From the IMG/VR virus record IMGVR_UViG_3300047510_000439: a stretch of 64,000 bases of DNA, one strand, 5' to 3'. Source of the stretch: a virus. Below, in pieces: positions 43,649 to 56,200 of this stretch. The position numbers and the translations under genes were made by a program. Position 1 is the stretch's first letter, and each line of letters begins with the position of its first letter. The notes under the pieces are model-generated. The model did no database searches, was not told where the DNA came from, and saw only the letters and a program-made list of their open reading frames with translations.

Positions 43649-46276
43649 ATGACAGCAACAAACTCATATTCAAGAACCAGTGACGCTGTTACACCGTTAA
43701 GAGACGCAGGTCCTTACGAGGCAGTAATAGTAAGCCATCTTGACCCGATGTATATGGGGACACTTGAAGTTGAACTGATCAAAAATACTGAAGCGGGTGG
43801 AACACCCCAACGTAGCGGACAATTAGTAACAGTTAGATACCTTAGTCCTTTTTACGGAGTAACCCCTTCTAATGGTTTAACACCTAACGACGGATTTCAG
43901 CACACACAAAAAAGTTATGGAATGTGGATGGTCCCACCGGATGTGGGAACTAGAGTACTTGTAATATTTGCTGAAGGAAATACAGCCTACGGGTATTGGA
44001 TTGGCTGCATACAAGATCAGGGTATGAATTACATGATGCCGGGCGCAGGACAAGCATCAACTACTCTTACAACAGCTGGAACACCTCAAAACTTAAAAGG
44101 TCAAAAGCTACCCGTTGGCGAATATAATAAACTAATTGAACAAGGATCTAAAGTAGATCCAACTCTATTTGAAAAACCTTACAATAAAGATTTTACTGAA
44201 ATATTAGAAGTTCAAGGGTTGCTAGTTGATGAAGCTAGGGGCACAACAACTTCTAGTGCAAGGCGAGAAGCACCTTCAATGGTGTTTGGTATTAGCACAC
44301 CTGGACCTTTAGATAAAAGAAATCAACATCCTACAGCAAAATACGGCTCGGCAACAGAAGCAGCAGATTATCCCTTTAATAGACTAGGCGGGTCGTCGTT
44401 TGTAATGGATGACGGTGATGATAAGTTTGTTCGAGCTACACATGCTGCTGATGGCCCTCCTATATACATTAATAAAGAAGGTGGCGAACAGGGCGGCGAC
44501 GAAACTATTCCTCAAAACGAGTTATTAAGATTTAGAACTAGAACCGGACATCAAATCCTTTTACACAATTCTGAAGATTTAATCTATATAGCTAACAGTA
44601 GAGGAACGGCTTGGATAGAATTAACTTCAGACGGTAAGATAGATATCTATGCTTATGATAGTATTAGTGTTATGTCTAACAATGACATAAACTTTACTGC
44701 TGAAAGAGATTTTAATATTGATGCAGGTAGAAACGTTAACATAAGAGCACAAGCTAGATTCTCAGATGGTAAAGAATCAGACAACGGCATCGAAAGCGGT
44801 AGAGTTCAAATTGAATCTAAGTATAATATGAATTTTGAAGTGGGTAAAGATTTAAAAACCACTGTACATCAGAATCATCATATTGTAGTTGATAACTCTA
44901 TGAAGATTTTAACAAAGTCTGACTTTAATCTAAAAAGCGAAACCAATGTGTATTTGAATACTTCGCAAAACTTTCATGAAAAAGCTGGTCACAGTTGGTA
45001 TAGAGAAGCCGGCTCAAACATTAACGATACTGCTGGAGCACAATACCTTAACAAAGCAGCAACAATGGACTTTTTATCTGCAGGACATATTCATTCCTCT
45101 GCAGGTTCAACTATTGTAGAAAACGCAGGAGCATCAATCTCTAATAATGCTGGCGCTAGCATACATCATGTAGCAGCATCAGGAATAAATCTACTAGGTG
45201 GATCTATAGTAGCAGGTGATGCAGGGGTTATACATTGGAACAGTGGACAAGCAGCGTCGGGTGTTAATACTGCTGCCACACCCGCAACACCGCCTACAGA
45301 ACCTGAAATAGCAGAAAATGTTATAAAATTAACACAAGTTATATTACCATATATACCGCCAGGTGCGCAACAGGCAGTGTCTTATGAAAGTATTCTTTGT
45401 AGAGCACCACAGCATGAGCCTTGGGTACATCATGAAAATTATAATCCAAAAGGTTTTGTTCCTGATCAAACAGATAGAGAAGCTCCTGGTGAATTACCTT
45501 TATCTGATCGTGTTCTTACAGTTGACACATTCCGTAAGAATAAAGACGGAGCAGCAACTAGTACGTTTGTTCAAGCAATTGGACCTGCTAATAAAGATGA
45601 ATTCAGTAACAGCGGAGATAGCGTATTCCATGGCGAAAACAGCAACACTTCTGGAGCACCTGGTGGAGCAAGGGGTGGCGGCTCTGGCGGAGGATATGGA
45701 CAAGCTGGCAGCGGCGAAGCCAGCGGTACAGTTGGGTATGACGGTCAGGGTAAACTAGTTGCTGTTAGATCAAAGAGTGGAAAAACTGCACAGGTTGCGG
45801 AATGCTTTAAAGAATATTTCCAAGGATTTATTGACGATCTCGAAGCAACAGGATATCAAATTAAGCTATTAGGCGGCTACAGCAAGCGTCAAATTAACGG
45901 TAATCCTAACAAATGGAGTATTCATGCCAGCGGCGCAGCTATTGATATTAACTGGCCGCCAAACGTAAGGAACCAAGCACCTAATGGAATGTACACCCCA
46001 AGACCACCAAACGCACCTTTAACAGACATGCCAGTGCAGAAAGTCAGAGAGTTGTGTCGTAAATGGGGCCTAGGTTGGGGAGGAGATTGGAGATCAATAG
46101 ACGATGCTATGCACTTTAGCGCAGCAAAACATGAAGGTGGAAGATGGCCTGTAAGAAATGATGGTAGAATTCCGTCAACATCAGCACTACCTGGTAATAA
46201 TCCTACAACCGGCAGACCTACTAATGCTGACTCTCCACAGCCACCGCGTCAAAGCACTCAAGGTAAAACAGAGTAA
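43649..46276 (+). CDS. gp5: baseplate central spike/hub, gp5-like, with C-terminal M15-type peptidoglycan peptidase (875 aa)
   Basis: N-terminal OB-fold pattern (GPYEAVIVSHLDPMYMGTLEV...MWMVPPDVGTRVLVIFAEGNTAYGYWIG). Central beta-helix-like repeats (NFTAERDFNIDAGRNVNIRA...). C-terminal WSIHASGAAIDINW...GLGWGGDW...DDAMHFS is the H..G.A.D / D..H zinc-peptidase signature. Confidence 0.75.
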   Translation: MTATNSYSRTSDAVTPLRDAGPYEAVIVSHLDPMYMGTLEVELIKNTEAGGTPQRSGQLVTVRYLSPFYGVTPSNGLTPNDGFQHTQKSYGMWMVPPDVGTRVLVIFAEGNTAYGYWIGCIQDQGMNYMMPGAGQASTTLTTAGTPQNLKGQKLPVGEYNKLIEQGSKVDPTLFEKPYNKDFTEILEVQGLLVDEARGTTTSSARREAPSMVFGISTPGPLDKRNQHPTAKYGSATEAADYPFNRLGGSSFVMDDGDDKFVRATHAADGPPIYINKEGGEQGGDETIPQNELLRFRTRTGHQILLHNSEDLIYIANSRGTAWIELTSDGKIDIYAYDSISVMSNNDINFTAERDFNIDAGRNVNIRAQARFSDGKESDNGIESGRVQIESKYNMNFEVGKDLKTTVHQNHHIVVDNSMKILTKSDFNLKSETNVYLNTSQNFHEKAGHSWYREAGSNINDTAGAQYLNKAATMDFLSAGHIHSSAGSTIVENAGASISNNAGASIHHVAASGINLLGGSIVAGDAGVIHWNSGQAASGVNTAATPATPPTEPEIAENVIKLTQVILPYIPPGAQQAVSYESILCRAPQHEPWVHHENYNPKGFVPDQTDREAPGELPLSDRVLTVDTFRKNKDGAATSTFVQAIGPANKDEFSNSGDSVFHGENSNTSGAPGGARGGGSGGGYGQAGSGEASGTVGYDGQGKLVAVRSKSGKTAQVAECFKEYFQGFIDDLEATGYQIKLLGGYSKRQINGNPNKWSIHASGAAIDINWPPNVRNQAPNGMYTPRPPNAPLTDMPVQKVRELCRKWGLGWGGDWRSIDDAMHFSAAKHEGGRWPVRNDGRIPSTSALPGNNPTTGRPTNADSPQPPRQSTQGKTE

Positions 46277-46288
46277 GGTAAATACTGT

Positions 46289-46726
46289 ATGAGCACATTA
46301 GAAAAAAATCTTTACAAAAGAGTTACTGTAACTTCAGGACCGCAACGAGGACAAGTTGGTAGAGCCTATAGAGGATTTTCTACAGTTAATGAAGCTACTG
46401 ACGGTTTTGCTCTCTATGACTTTGAACTCATTAAACAGGACATAATTAATCATTTCCATATAAGACAGGGTGAAAAATTATCTGACCCTAGTTTCGGAAC
46501 AATTATATGGGACATGCTGTACGAACCATTTACGGCACAGGTTAAAGAAGCTATTATTCAAAATGTTACAGAAATAGTTAATTATGATCCGCGTGTTCAA
46601 GTAGAAGAAGTTATAGTTGATACTTATGAGTCTGGCATTTCTATTGACTGCACTCTATCATATCTACCCTATAATATATCAGAACAGTTAAGATTTAAGT
46701 TTGACCAAGCTGCTAGTATTGGATAA
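46289..46726 (+). CDS. gp25: baseplate wedge protein, gp25/GPW family (145 aa)
   Basis: IKQDIINHFHIRQGEKLSDPSFGTIIWDMLYEPF....KEAIIQNVTEIVNYDPRVQVEEVIVD matches the gp25/W signature (I...i...l.T..GER...P.FG......fep......i...i...EPRv). Confidence 0.8.
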   Translation: MSTLEKNLYKRVTVTSGPQRGQVGRAYRGFSTVNEATDGFALYDFELIKQDIINHFHIRQGEKLSDPSFGTIIWDMLYEPFTAQVKEAIIQNVTEIVNYDPRVQVEEVIVDTYESGISIDCTLSYLPYNISEQLRFKFDQAASIG

Positions 46727-46750
46727 TTAAGTTAGCATATAATTGCTACA

Positions 46751-46758
46751 GATAAATA
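46751..46758 (+). promoter_or_regulatory. late-promoter-like motif GATAAATA
   Basis: tacaGATAAATAtctaatatagatGGGGaaacagtATG, 23 nt upstream of ATG 46782. Confidence 0.45.
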
Positions 46759-46781
46759 TCTAATATAGATGGGGAAACAGT

Positions 46782-49700
46782 ATGTCTTCAACTGACAGAC
46801 AATCAAGATTATTAGCGACAGAAGATTGGAAAACAATTTACCAATCTTTCCGTAACGCAGACTTCCAGAGCTACGACTTTGACAACCTTCGTCGTACGAT
46901 GATTAACTATCTGCGTCAAAACTATCCAGAAGATTTTAACGATTATATTGAGTCTAGTGAATATTTGGCTCTTATAGATTTAATTGCATTTTTAGGTCAA
47001 AATCTTAGTTTCCGTATCGATCTTAATGCAAGAGAAAATTTCTTAGAAACAGCAGAACGCAGAGAAAGCGTTCTTAGATTAGCTAGACTTATTTCCTATA
47101 ATGCTACACGAAATCAAGCAGCTAACGGGTTATTAAAATTTGAAACTGTAAAGACTACAGAATCTGTATTTGACAGCACTGGATTAAATCTAGCTGGTAT
47201 AGTTGTACGTTGGAATGATAGAGGTAATTCTAATTATTTTGAACAGTTTATTAAGATCTTAAACGCAGCACTGCCTGTGAACGGAACTTATGGTCGTCCT
47301 ATTAAGAGTGATAATATTGCAGGAGTGCTGACACAGCAGTATAGATTTAATGCTGCAAATATTGATATTCCGGTATATCCTTTTACACGAAACATCGAAG
47401 GAACATCGACTAGATTTGAAATTGTAAGTTCTGATATTTTAAATGGCTCTATAGTAGAAGAACCTCCTCTACCGGCTAATAATCCTGCTTTCCTATATAG
47501 AGATGACGGTCAAGGAGCTAGTAGCTCTAACACTGGTTTCTTTATGCATTTCCGTCAAGGTCGTTTAGACAGCGGACCATTTACAATAAACAATCCTACA
47601 CCTAATCAAATAGTTGCTATAGATTCTGTAAACATTAATAACACTGATGTTTGGCTTTATAGTACAGACTCTAACGGTATTGAAACTGAATTGTGGACAA
47701 AACTCGAAGCTATTGAAGGAAATAACATTATATACAACAGCTTGTTTCGAGGAATAAGAAATGCATATGCTGTACAAACTAGAATTGAAGATAGAATTAA
47801 TCTAATTTTTAGTGACGGTGTATTTGGAAATTTACCTTCAGGCAATTTTAAAATTTATTATAGAACTAGTGAGAACAGAAATTCTATTATAAATCCAGGC
47901 GCCTTAACTAATGTTTCTATTGATATACCATATATTAGTAAAAATAATACCCAGGAAACACTCACAGTAAGTTTAAATCTAAAGTATTCTATATCTAACG
48001 GTGCTGCTTCAGAAAGCAACGAAGAAATAAAGTCAAATGCTCCTGCTACTTACTATACACAGAATCGATTAATTACTGCTGAAGATTATAATGTTGGACC
48101 TTTAGGTATCAGCCAAGATATTATCAAAACAAAATCTGTTAACAGAATAGCTAGTGGTATTAGTAGATACTACGATTTAAAAGATGCTAGCGGGAAATAT
48201 TCAAATACTAGTCTTTTCGCCGACGACGGTATTTTATATAAAGAAGAATTTTTAAGAAAAACAGCATTTACTTTTGCTACCCAGTCAGATATTGAGGGAG
48301 TAATTTATAATCTTATAGAACCAATACTAGCAAGTGCTAATACTAATAATTTTTATCTTGCCAAATACGGAAAGATAATTGTTTCTGATCTTGGTGTAGA
48401 TTGGTCACAGATTACTAAATCTACTAATAGATGTACAGGTGTGTTTGTTGACGCTGACCTAGCAAGACAAAAAGTTGGAACATTTACCGCCAACAGCCTT
48501 CGATTGGTCGAAGCAGGATCAATGCTTAAATTTACAGCACCAGATGGATATCATTTTATGCCAGACGGCACCTTAATGCAAGGTGATGCAGATCATCTAG
48601 GCTCTACTTCTTATAAATGGGCTAAAGTAATAAGTGTTTATGGTAACGGTACTCAAATTGATTCTAGTGGATCGGGATCTATTGTATTAAACGATATTAT
48701 ACCTGAAGGCGCTGTTCTGAATCAAATTATTCCAAAGCTATCAAGAGTTTTAATTGATGATATTAAATCTCAAATAATTGATAGAGTTTTTGCTTATAGA
48801 GATTTTGCACTTCGTTATGATCAAGAAGCTAGACAGTGGAAAATTATTACAGCTGAAAACATCAACACAGTAAATCCATGGAGTACTGGCAAGGCAGGCG
48901 ACTCTAGCGGACAAAATCTAGACTCAAGTTGGATATTAAATTTTAAAACAAATGGTCAATCATATACTGTAACTTACAGAAATCTACGTTACGTATTTGA
49001 AAGTGCAGGAGAAATACGATTCTTCTTTGATAGTGCAGATAAAATTTATGATCCTAAAACAGGCCAATTAGTTAAAGATAAGATTTCTGTTTTAAACATT
49101 AACAGAAAGCCTGACAGTTTAGTACCGTTTACAAAAGACTATATTTGGACAATTAGTGATGCATTTAGAGATACAGAAGGATATGTTGATTCAAGAAAAA
49201 TTCAAGTTGAATTTTTTGACAACGATGACGACGGCGTAGTAGACGATCCTGATTTATTTGAACAAATTGTAGCCGAAGCAATAAATCCTTCTTCTAAATT
49301 TGTATTCCAAAAGAAATATATGACCACTGACGGAGTTGAAGATTTCAAATACTTTAATAATTCCAGTGGCACAATTATGGTTAAGAATAATGAAGCTGCA
49401 ATTGGATCTCCCAGCAGTTACAATGACGGACAAGTGTTCTATTTAATTGAAGAAGGCCTGTTCAAAGTATTAAATATTACCAATAACAATACAACTGTTA
49501 CAGTTGATTATAAAGCATTTGTTGGTAGAAATGATCTTAAATTCCACTATGTACACGTTGCAGATTCAAACTACAGAATTGACCCTAGTTCTACAAACAT
49601 CATTGATACCTATTTGTTAACTAAAGGTTATGATACTGAATATAGAAAGTATTTGAGTAGCGACACTGCTGTACAACCGCTGCCTCCAAGCAGCGACGAG

Positions 49701-50216
49701 TTATTTAGAAGTTACGGTGCTGAAATTAATAAAATTAAGTCTATAAGTGATGAAGTTGTTTACCATCCTGTAAAATATAAGTCTCTCTTTGGTAGCAAAG
49801 CAAGATCAGATCTACAGGTTACATTTAAGATAGTAAAAAATCCTGCTCTAACAGTAAACAACAATGAAATAAAAGCTAAGGTAATTGATTCAATTAATCG
49901 ATTCTTTAGTATAGAATACTGGAATTTTGGTGATACTTTCTATTTCTCAGAGCTAAGTGCTTATGTAATGAATGGCTTATCACCAGAACTAGTATCATTC
50001 TTAATGGTACCAAAGCAGTCAGATCAAGGCTTTGGAAGCCTTTTTGAAGTTAAATCAGAAAGCGATGAAATTTTTATCTCGGCAGCAACAGTTTCCGATA
50101 TAGAAATTATCGACGAAATAACAGCAACAAATCTTAAAGCTCTAGGCAATGTAGTTACAAGTGTATCATCAAGCAAGAGCGGAATACAAAGTTCGTCAAG
50201 TAGAGGTTCATATTAA
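46782..50216 (+). CDS. gp6: baseplate wedge protein, gp6/Baseplate-J-like (1144 aa)
   Basis: N-terminal FQSYDFDNLRRTMINYLRQNYPEDFNDYIESSEYLALIDLIAFLGQNLSFRIDLNARENFLETAERRESVLRLARLISY fits the baseplate-J/gp6 pattern. Its position after the gp25-like gene matches T4 order. Confidence 0.6.
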   Translation: MSSTDRQSRLLATEDWKTIYQSFRNADFQSYDFDNLRRTMINYLRQNYPEDFNDYIESSEYLALIDLIAFLGQNLSFRIDLNARENFLETAERRESVLRLARLISYNATRNQAANGLLKFETVKTTESVFDSTGLNLAGIVVRWNDRGNSNYFEQFIKILNAALPVNGTYGRPIKSDNIAGVLTQQYRFNAANIDIPVYPFTRNIEGTSTRFEIVSSDILNGSIVEEPPLPANNPAFLYRDDGQGASSSNTGFFMHFRQGRLDSGPFTINNPTPNQIVAIDSVNINNTDVWLYSTDSNGIETELWTKLEAIEGNNIIYNSLFRGIRNAYAVQTRIEDRINLIFSDGVFGNLPSGNFKIYYRTSENRNSIINPGALTNVSIDIPYISKNNTQETLTVSLNLKYSISNGAASESNEEIKSNAPATYYTQNRLITAEDYNVGPLGISQDIIKTKSVNRIASGISRYYDLKDASGKYSNTSLFADDGILYKEEFLRKTAFTFATQSDIEGVIYNLIEPILASANTNNFYLAKYGKIIVSDLGVDWSQITKSTNRCTGVFVDADLARQKVGTFTANSLRLVEAGSMLKFTAPDGYHFMPDGTLMQGDADHLGSTSYKWAKVISVYGNGTQIDSSGSGSIVLNDIIPEGAVLNQIIPKLSRVLIDDIKSQIIDRVFAYRDFALRYDQEARQWKIITAENINTVNPWSTGKAGDSSGQNLDSSWILNFKTNGQSYTVTYRNLRYVFESAGEIRFFFDSADKIYDPKTGQLVKDKISVLNINRKPDSLVPFTKDYIWTISDAFRDTEGYVDSRKIQVEFFDNDDDGVVDDPDLFEQIVAEAINPSSKFVFQKKYMTTDGVEDFKYFNNSSGTIMVKNNEAAIGSPSSYNDGQVFYLIEEGLFKVLNITNNNTTVTVDYKAFVGRNDLKFHYVHVADSNYRIDPSSTNIIDTYLLTKGYDTEYRKYLSSDTAVQPLPPSSDELFRSYGAEINKIKSISDEVVYHPVKYKSLFGSKARSDLQVTFKIVKNPALTVNNNEIKAKVIDSINRFFSIEYWNFGDTFYFSELSAYVMNGLSPELVSFLMVPKQSDQGFGSLFEVKSESDEIFISAATVSDIEIIDEITATNLKALGNVVTSVSSSKSGIQSSSSRGSY

Positions 50217-50218
50217 TA

Positions 50219-53200
50219 ATGTCTAATCATACTCAAAATGAAAATGCTTTGCCTGTACCAGGCAACAACAGTAGAGCTGTTTCGGATCTGCTACCTAGAT
50301 ATTTTAGAACTGAAGCAAATAAAAAGTTTTTACAATCAACATTAGACCAACTAGTACAACCTGGTGTAGCAGAAAAAATTAGTGGATTTTTTGGAAGAAA
50401 AAATTCTAAAGCATATGCTGCTGGAGACAATTACATTGGTGATGTTTCTAAAGCAAGAGAAAATTACCAGTTAGAACCTGCACTGGTTATAAAAGATAAT
50501 CTAGACAATGTAACTTTCTACAAAGATTATAACGACTATGTAAATCAGTTAAAGATTTTTGGTGCTAACACAACTAATCACAGTAGACTTAATAGTCAGG
50601 AAACTTATGCTTGGAACCCAAATATAGATTGGGATAAGTTTGTTAATTTTAGAGAATATTATTGGATACCAACTGGACCTAAAACAGTAAGAGTTACAGG
50701 TCAGGCCAAAGAAGTAATCAGTACCTATACAGTACGTCTTACTGATAATGGTGATAATGTTTCTTATCTATTTTCTCCCGACGGTTTTACGTCAAACCCA
50801 AGCCTTAAGCTATACAGAGGACAGACTTATAGATTTGACATAGATTGTGTTGGTCATCCTATGGCTATAGCAATCAGTAGAACATTTACTCCTGGTAACG
50901 CTGTAGTTGTTGCAGGTCGAGAAGGTGTTAGAGGCGAAGGGCTCTTTGACGCAAAATTATACGGCAACGATTACGATCTTGGCGATTATATCATTCTACC
51001 AGACAGCGGTTCAGTAACCTTTGACGCCGATGAAAATGTTTCTACACTTTATCCAGATGGTATTCGTAAGTTAGGAGAAGCTGGAGAAGAAATTGCAAAC
51101 GTGTATATAGAAAAGGGAATTATTGAATTTACTATTCCCATTAATGCTCCTGACAAATTATATTACATATCTAAGAATGATGTTGATGTTAGTGGTTTAA
51201 TAAAAATTTATGACATTGAAGAAAATACTTTCTTAGATGTTGAAACAGAAATATTAGGCAAGAAAACCTACAAGAGTGCTAACGGTATTGAATTTACTAA
51301 CGGTCTTAAAGTTGAATTTTTAGGTACAGTAGTGCCTAAAATATACAGCGAAGGTAATTGGTATGTTGAAGGAGTAGGAGATAAAATTAGATTAATTGAA
51401 GAAAAAGATTTAATTATTCCAGCTTCATATACTGCTAATATAAATGTTCCTTTTGACAGTGAGGGGTTTGATACTCTTCCCTTTAGTGATTCATCTTCTT
51501 ATGCAAAAGAAAAAGATTATATTGTAATTAACAGATCTAGTAGAGATAGAAATCCTTGGAGCAGATATAATAAATGGATACACAAGGACGTATTAATTAA
51601 AACTGCAGAATACAACAAGATACCATTTGATATAGATGAAAATCTAAGAGCTAAACGTCCTATTATTGAATTTGAAGCAGGCTTAAAACTCTATAATTAC
51701 GGATCATTTGCAAAACTAGACGTTGATTTAGTAGATGCTTTCACGCTTGATGTTTTTTCAACAATTGAAGGTAGTCTAGGATATAACATTGACGGTATTG
51801 ATGTAGCTGACGGAATGAGAATTTTATTCACAGCAGATCGAGACAAGTTAGTAAACGGAAAAATTTATCAAGTAAAATTTGTAACTATAGGTAATAACAG
51901 ACAAATAAGCCTTATTGAAGTTTCTGACTCTGAACCTCTTGATTTAGAAACTGTGTTTGTTATCAACGGTAATAATTATGGCGGCAAAACATTTCATTAT
52001 CACGGCGATAGATGGATGTTAGCGCAAGAAAAAACAAAGAGAAATCAACCGCCGTTATTTGAATTAGTTGATGCAGAAGGAAATAATCAAAGTAATTCAA
52101 ATATTTTTAATGCTACTACATTTAAAGGTAGTAAGATCTTTAGTTATAAGATTGGCAATGGAGCCAATGATATAGAATTAGGATTTCCTTTAAGCTATAA
52201 AAATATTGAAAACAGCGGTGATATTGAATTTGAATTTAATCTTCTTACAGATACGTTTACCTATCAAACCGAAACAGATATTATTTCAGTATCAACGTCA
52301 ACTAGCTGTTTAAAAAAGTTTACTGATAGAACAAATTTTGATTATGTTAACGGTTGGTCAAAGACACCAACTGTTTCAAAGCAAAAGGTAATTAGACAAT
52401 ACGTTTCTACCCAAGCAGAAAATAATAATTTTCAAATTGATGTTTATAACAAGGCTGCTTTTATTACAGATCTTCGAGTAAACGTTTTTGTTAATAATAA
52501 GTTAAAGAAACAAGAACTAGATTATACACTTGATAGAATAAATGAAAAAGTATTTGTTAGATTTTTTAATGATTTAGAAGAAAATTCTAATGTTATTTTA
52601 AAGACTGATTCTACTACACCTAAGAACGATAATGGTTGGTATGATTTTCCTATCAATCTAGAAAGAAATCCGCTTAACGAAGATATATCGACATTTACGT
52701 TAGGTGAAGTTATTGATCATGTTGATAGCATGATTGAAGATATTTACGAGTTTACTGGCACTTATCCTGGACCTAGTAACTTAAGAGATCTTGGAGAACT
52801 AGATGTTTACGGTAAACGGTTTGTAAAACACAGTAGTCCGTTAAATCTTGCTTTATATCATATTACTAACAAGAAGTACAACATAGTTAAAGCTATGGAC
52901 TACAGCAGAAAAGAGTATGCAAGATTTAAAAGAATCTTTATTGAAACTGCTTCTACTTTAGGATATGACGGTGAAATAAAACAACACGTTGATTTAATTC
53001 TTAAAGAAATTAACCGAGATAAGGTTAAGTCACAACCGTTCTATTTTTCAGATATGATAAATTGGGGGAACGATAACAAGGTTATAGAGTACGAAGTCCT
53101 TGATCCTCGCAATCCGTTTTACCCACTATCAGAAGTATTTGATATAACAGTACCAAGCCAGCGAGCAGTTAATGTATACCTAAACGGATATCAGTTAGTA

Positions 53201-56200
53201 CACAATAAAGACTATACATTTAACAATGAAGGGTTCTTAGTACTTGATAGTTATCAACAAGAAGGTGACATTCTTAGAATATACGAAACTTCGTCTACTG
53301 ACGGATCATTTATTCCGCCAACACCTACTAAATTAGGTTTATATCCTTCTTATGTACCACAACTTATTATAGATGATACCTATCTATCAGAAGAACCTGT
53401 TATTAACGGACCATTTAAAATTTATGGTGAAGATGAGACTACTTCAAAAATAGGTTGGTTTTATCCTGTATACACAAGTCGTCGAGCTGCTCAAAACGCA
53501 GACTCAAATAATGCAGCAAAACAACTAGTTCTAGCAGGTTATAACAGAGTACTGTATATTCCTACTAATACAGGTATTGAAGCCGGAACTGATAATGTTG
53601 AACTTGATGAGTATCCTGTAGGAACTGCTGTAATACGAGGACACGACGGTAGTTTTGTTAAGGCATTTAAGGATTATAGAGATACCCTTATAATAGATCT
53701 TGAAAAACGAATATTCAATAATATTAAAGTTTTTTATAATCCACTAGAAACTGAGCTTCTTTACGGTGAAGGAACGCTAAGTCTGTTTGATTTTGTACCC
53801 GGCAAATTTAGAAAAACTGAATTTACTAGAAACGAAATAAACGAATCTTTACGAGGATCTTTCGTAGAGTGGCTAAGCCTAGTTGAGACTGATTACACTA
53901 GTAATTATTTTTACGAAAGAGAAAATCAATTTACATTTAACTACAGTACCATGACTAACGTAGTTGATGGAACTAGTCTACCTGGATTTTGGAGAGGCGT
54001 TTACAAAGAACAATTTGATACTGATCGTCCTCACAGTCACCCATGGGAAATTTTAGGATTTACTATTAAACCAAAGTGGTGGAACGAAGTTTATGGACCT
54101 GCTCCTTATACTGGTAACAACGGTGTTATGTGGGGTGATATTGAGAAAGGCATTATAAGAGAGCCTGGAAAACAGGTTAGGGTTTTAGAAAAGTTTGCTA
54201 GACCGGGACTCACTTCATTCATACCAGTTGACAGCAAAGGTAGATTGCTATCTCCTATTGCTGCTAATATTGCAAAAAATTTCGTATACAGAAATACTAC
54301 ACAGAGTTTTGAATTTGGTGATGAAGCTCCTGTTGAAACCGCTTGGAGAAGAAGTTCAGAGTATCCGTTTGCTATTCTTAGAGCATGGGTTTTAAATCAG
54401 CCATCAAAAGCTATGGGCGTAGGATTTGATACCTCTAGACTTGATAAGAACTTAGTAGGACAGTATGTTTATAAAGATACTAAAAAGCATTTAACATTAG
54501 CAGATCTTCAGTTACCAAATACTTATGAAGACGCTTCAAGAATTCAAACATCGGGATTAATAAATTTCATTTATAATCTTGTAGCAAGTAATATCTTAAC
54601 AGTTTATAATGACTATAAAACAGACCTAGTATCTATTAGAAATCAATTAGGATTAAAACTAGGCGGTTTTACAGATAAGCAAAAGTTAAAAATTGTACTA
54701 GATAGTAGAAGTCCTAAAGCTAGTGAATCAGAAGGTGTATTTGTTCCTGAAGAGAACTACCAAGTATTTTTAAACACAAGTTCACCTGTTGAAACGATTG
54801 TATACAGTGGTGTAATTGTTGAAAAAGCACCTGACGGATTTATTATTCGCGGCTACAATAACGAAATTCCTTATTTTAAATATTTTCAAACTCAGTCAAC
54901 ACAGAATGATGTTACTGTAGTAGTTGGCGGTATAACTGAAAGTGCAAGCGAATGGGCAGCTAATAGACGTTATGTTAAAGGTCAGCTGTTAATCAATTCT
55001 TTCAAATACTATAGAGTAACAGATAATTTTACTTCAGGACCAAGTTTTACAACAAATAATCTTGCTCTGTTATCTGACATTCCTATAGTAGGTGGTAAAA
55101 GAGCACAATTTAAGAAAAATTTCTTAAAATCAAGTAACAAAATTCTAACCTACGGTACTAAGTTGTCAACGTCGCAAGATGTTGTAGATTTTATATTAGG
55201 TTATGATGCATATTTAAAATATCAAGGTTTTACATTTGATTATTTTAATCGCGAAACAAACTTTGTTGAAAATTGGGACAATGCAGCTAGAGAATTTTTA
55301 TTCTGGACTACACAAGGATGGGCGTCAGGAACAACTATATCGTTAAGTCCGGGTGCAACATCTCTAAATTTATCAACAGCTTACTCTGTTGCTGATGATA
55401 TTCTTGATGTATTCTACAGCTACGGTGTAGTAAAGCAGGATGGCGATGCTTTAGATAGAAAGTTTATTTCTATATATAGAAATAAAAATGTGTTTGAAGT
55501 AAGACCTAAAAACACTAATGATGGCATATACGGTGTTTCTATTCCTGTAGTTCAGAAGGAACATGTACTATTAATAGATAATACCACAGTGTTCAATGAT
55601 ATAATCTATCAACCATCTACTGGTTATAGACAGGAAAGATTAAAAGTTACAGGTTATCGATCAGATAACTGGACTGGCGGCCTAGATATTCCTGGATTTA
55701 TATTTGACGATGCAACAATAACAGACTGGGAACCTTGGCAAGATTATAGCGTAGGATCTCTTGTAAAGTTTAAGCAATTTTATTATGTTGCAATATATCA
55801 AATTACTGGATCAGAAGAGTTTAATAGTAATTTTTGGTATAGACTCAATGAAAAACCTGTACCAAAATTATATACAAACTTTGATTATAAGATAAATCAA
55901 TTTTCTGATTTTTATGATTTAGATTCTGATAACTTTGATGCTGAACAGCAAAGATTAGCTCAACATCTAATAGGTTATCAGAAGAGAGAATATCTTGCTA
56001 ATATCATTAACGATGACATCAGCCAGTATAAGTTCTATCAAGGATTCATACAAGACAAAGGAACAAAAAATGCAATAACAAAATTGTTTGATCCTTTAAG
56101 TGGTTCTGATAGAGATAGTTTTGATTTCTACGAAGAATGGGCTATACAAGTAGGTCGTTACGGTGCTGTTGACAATGTTCAACAGGTTGAATACACTCTT

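Noticed and set aside
45363-45758. 131 aa plus-strand ORF and a 67 aa minus-strand ORF inside the spike gene
   Set aside because: Both are out of frame or antisense within the well-supported gp5-like CDS. They have no independent start signals.
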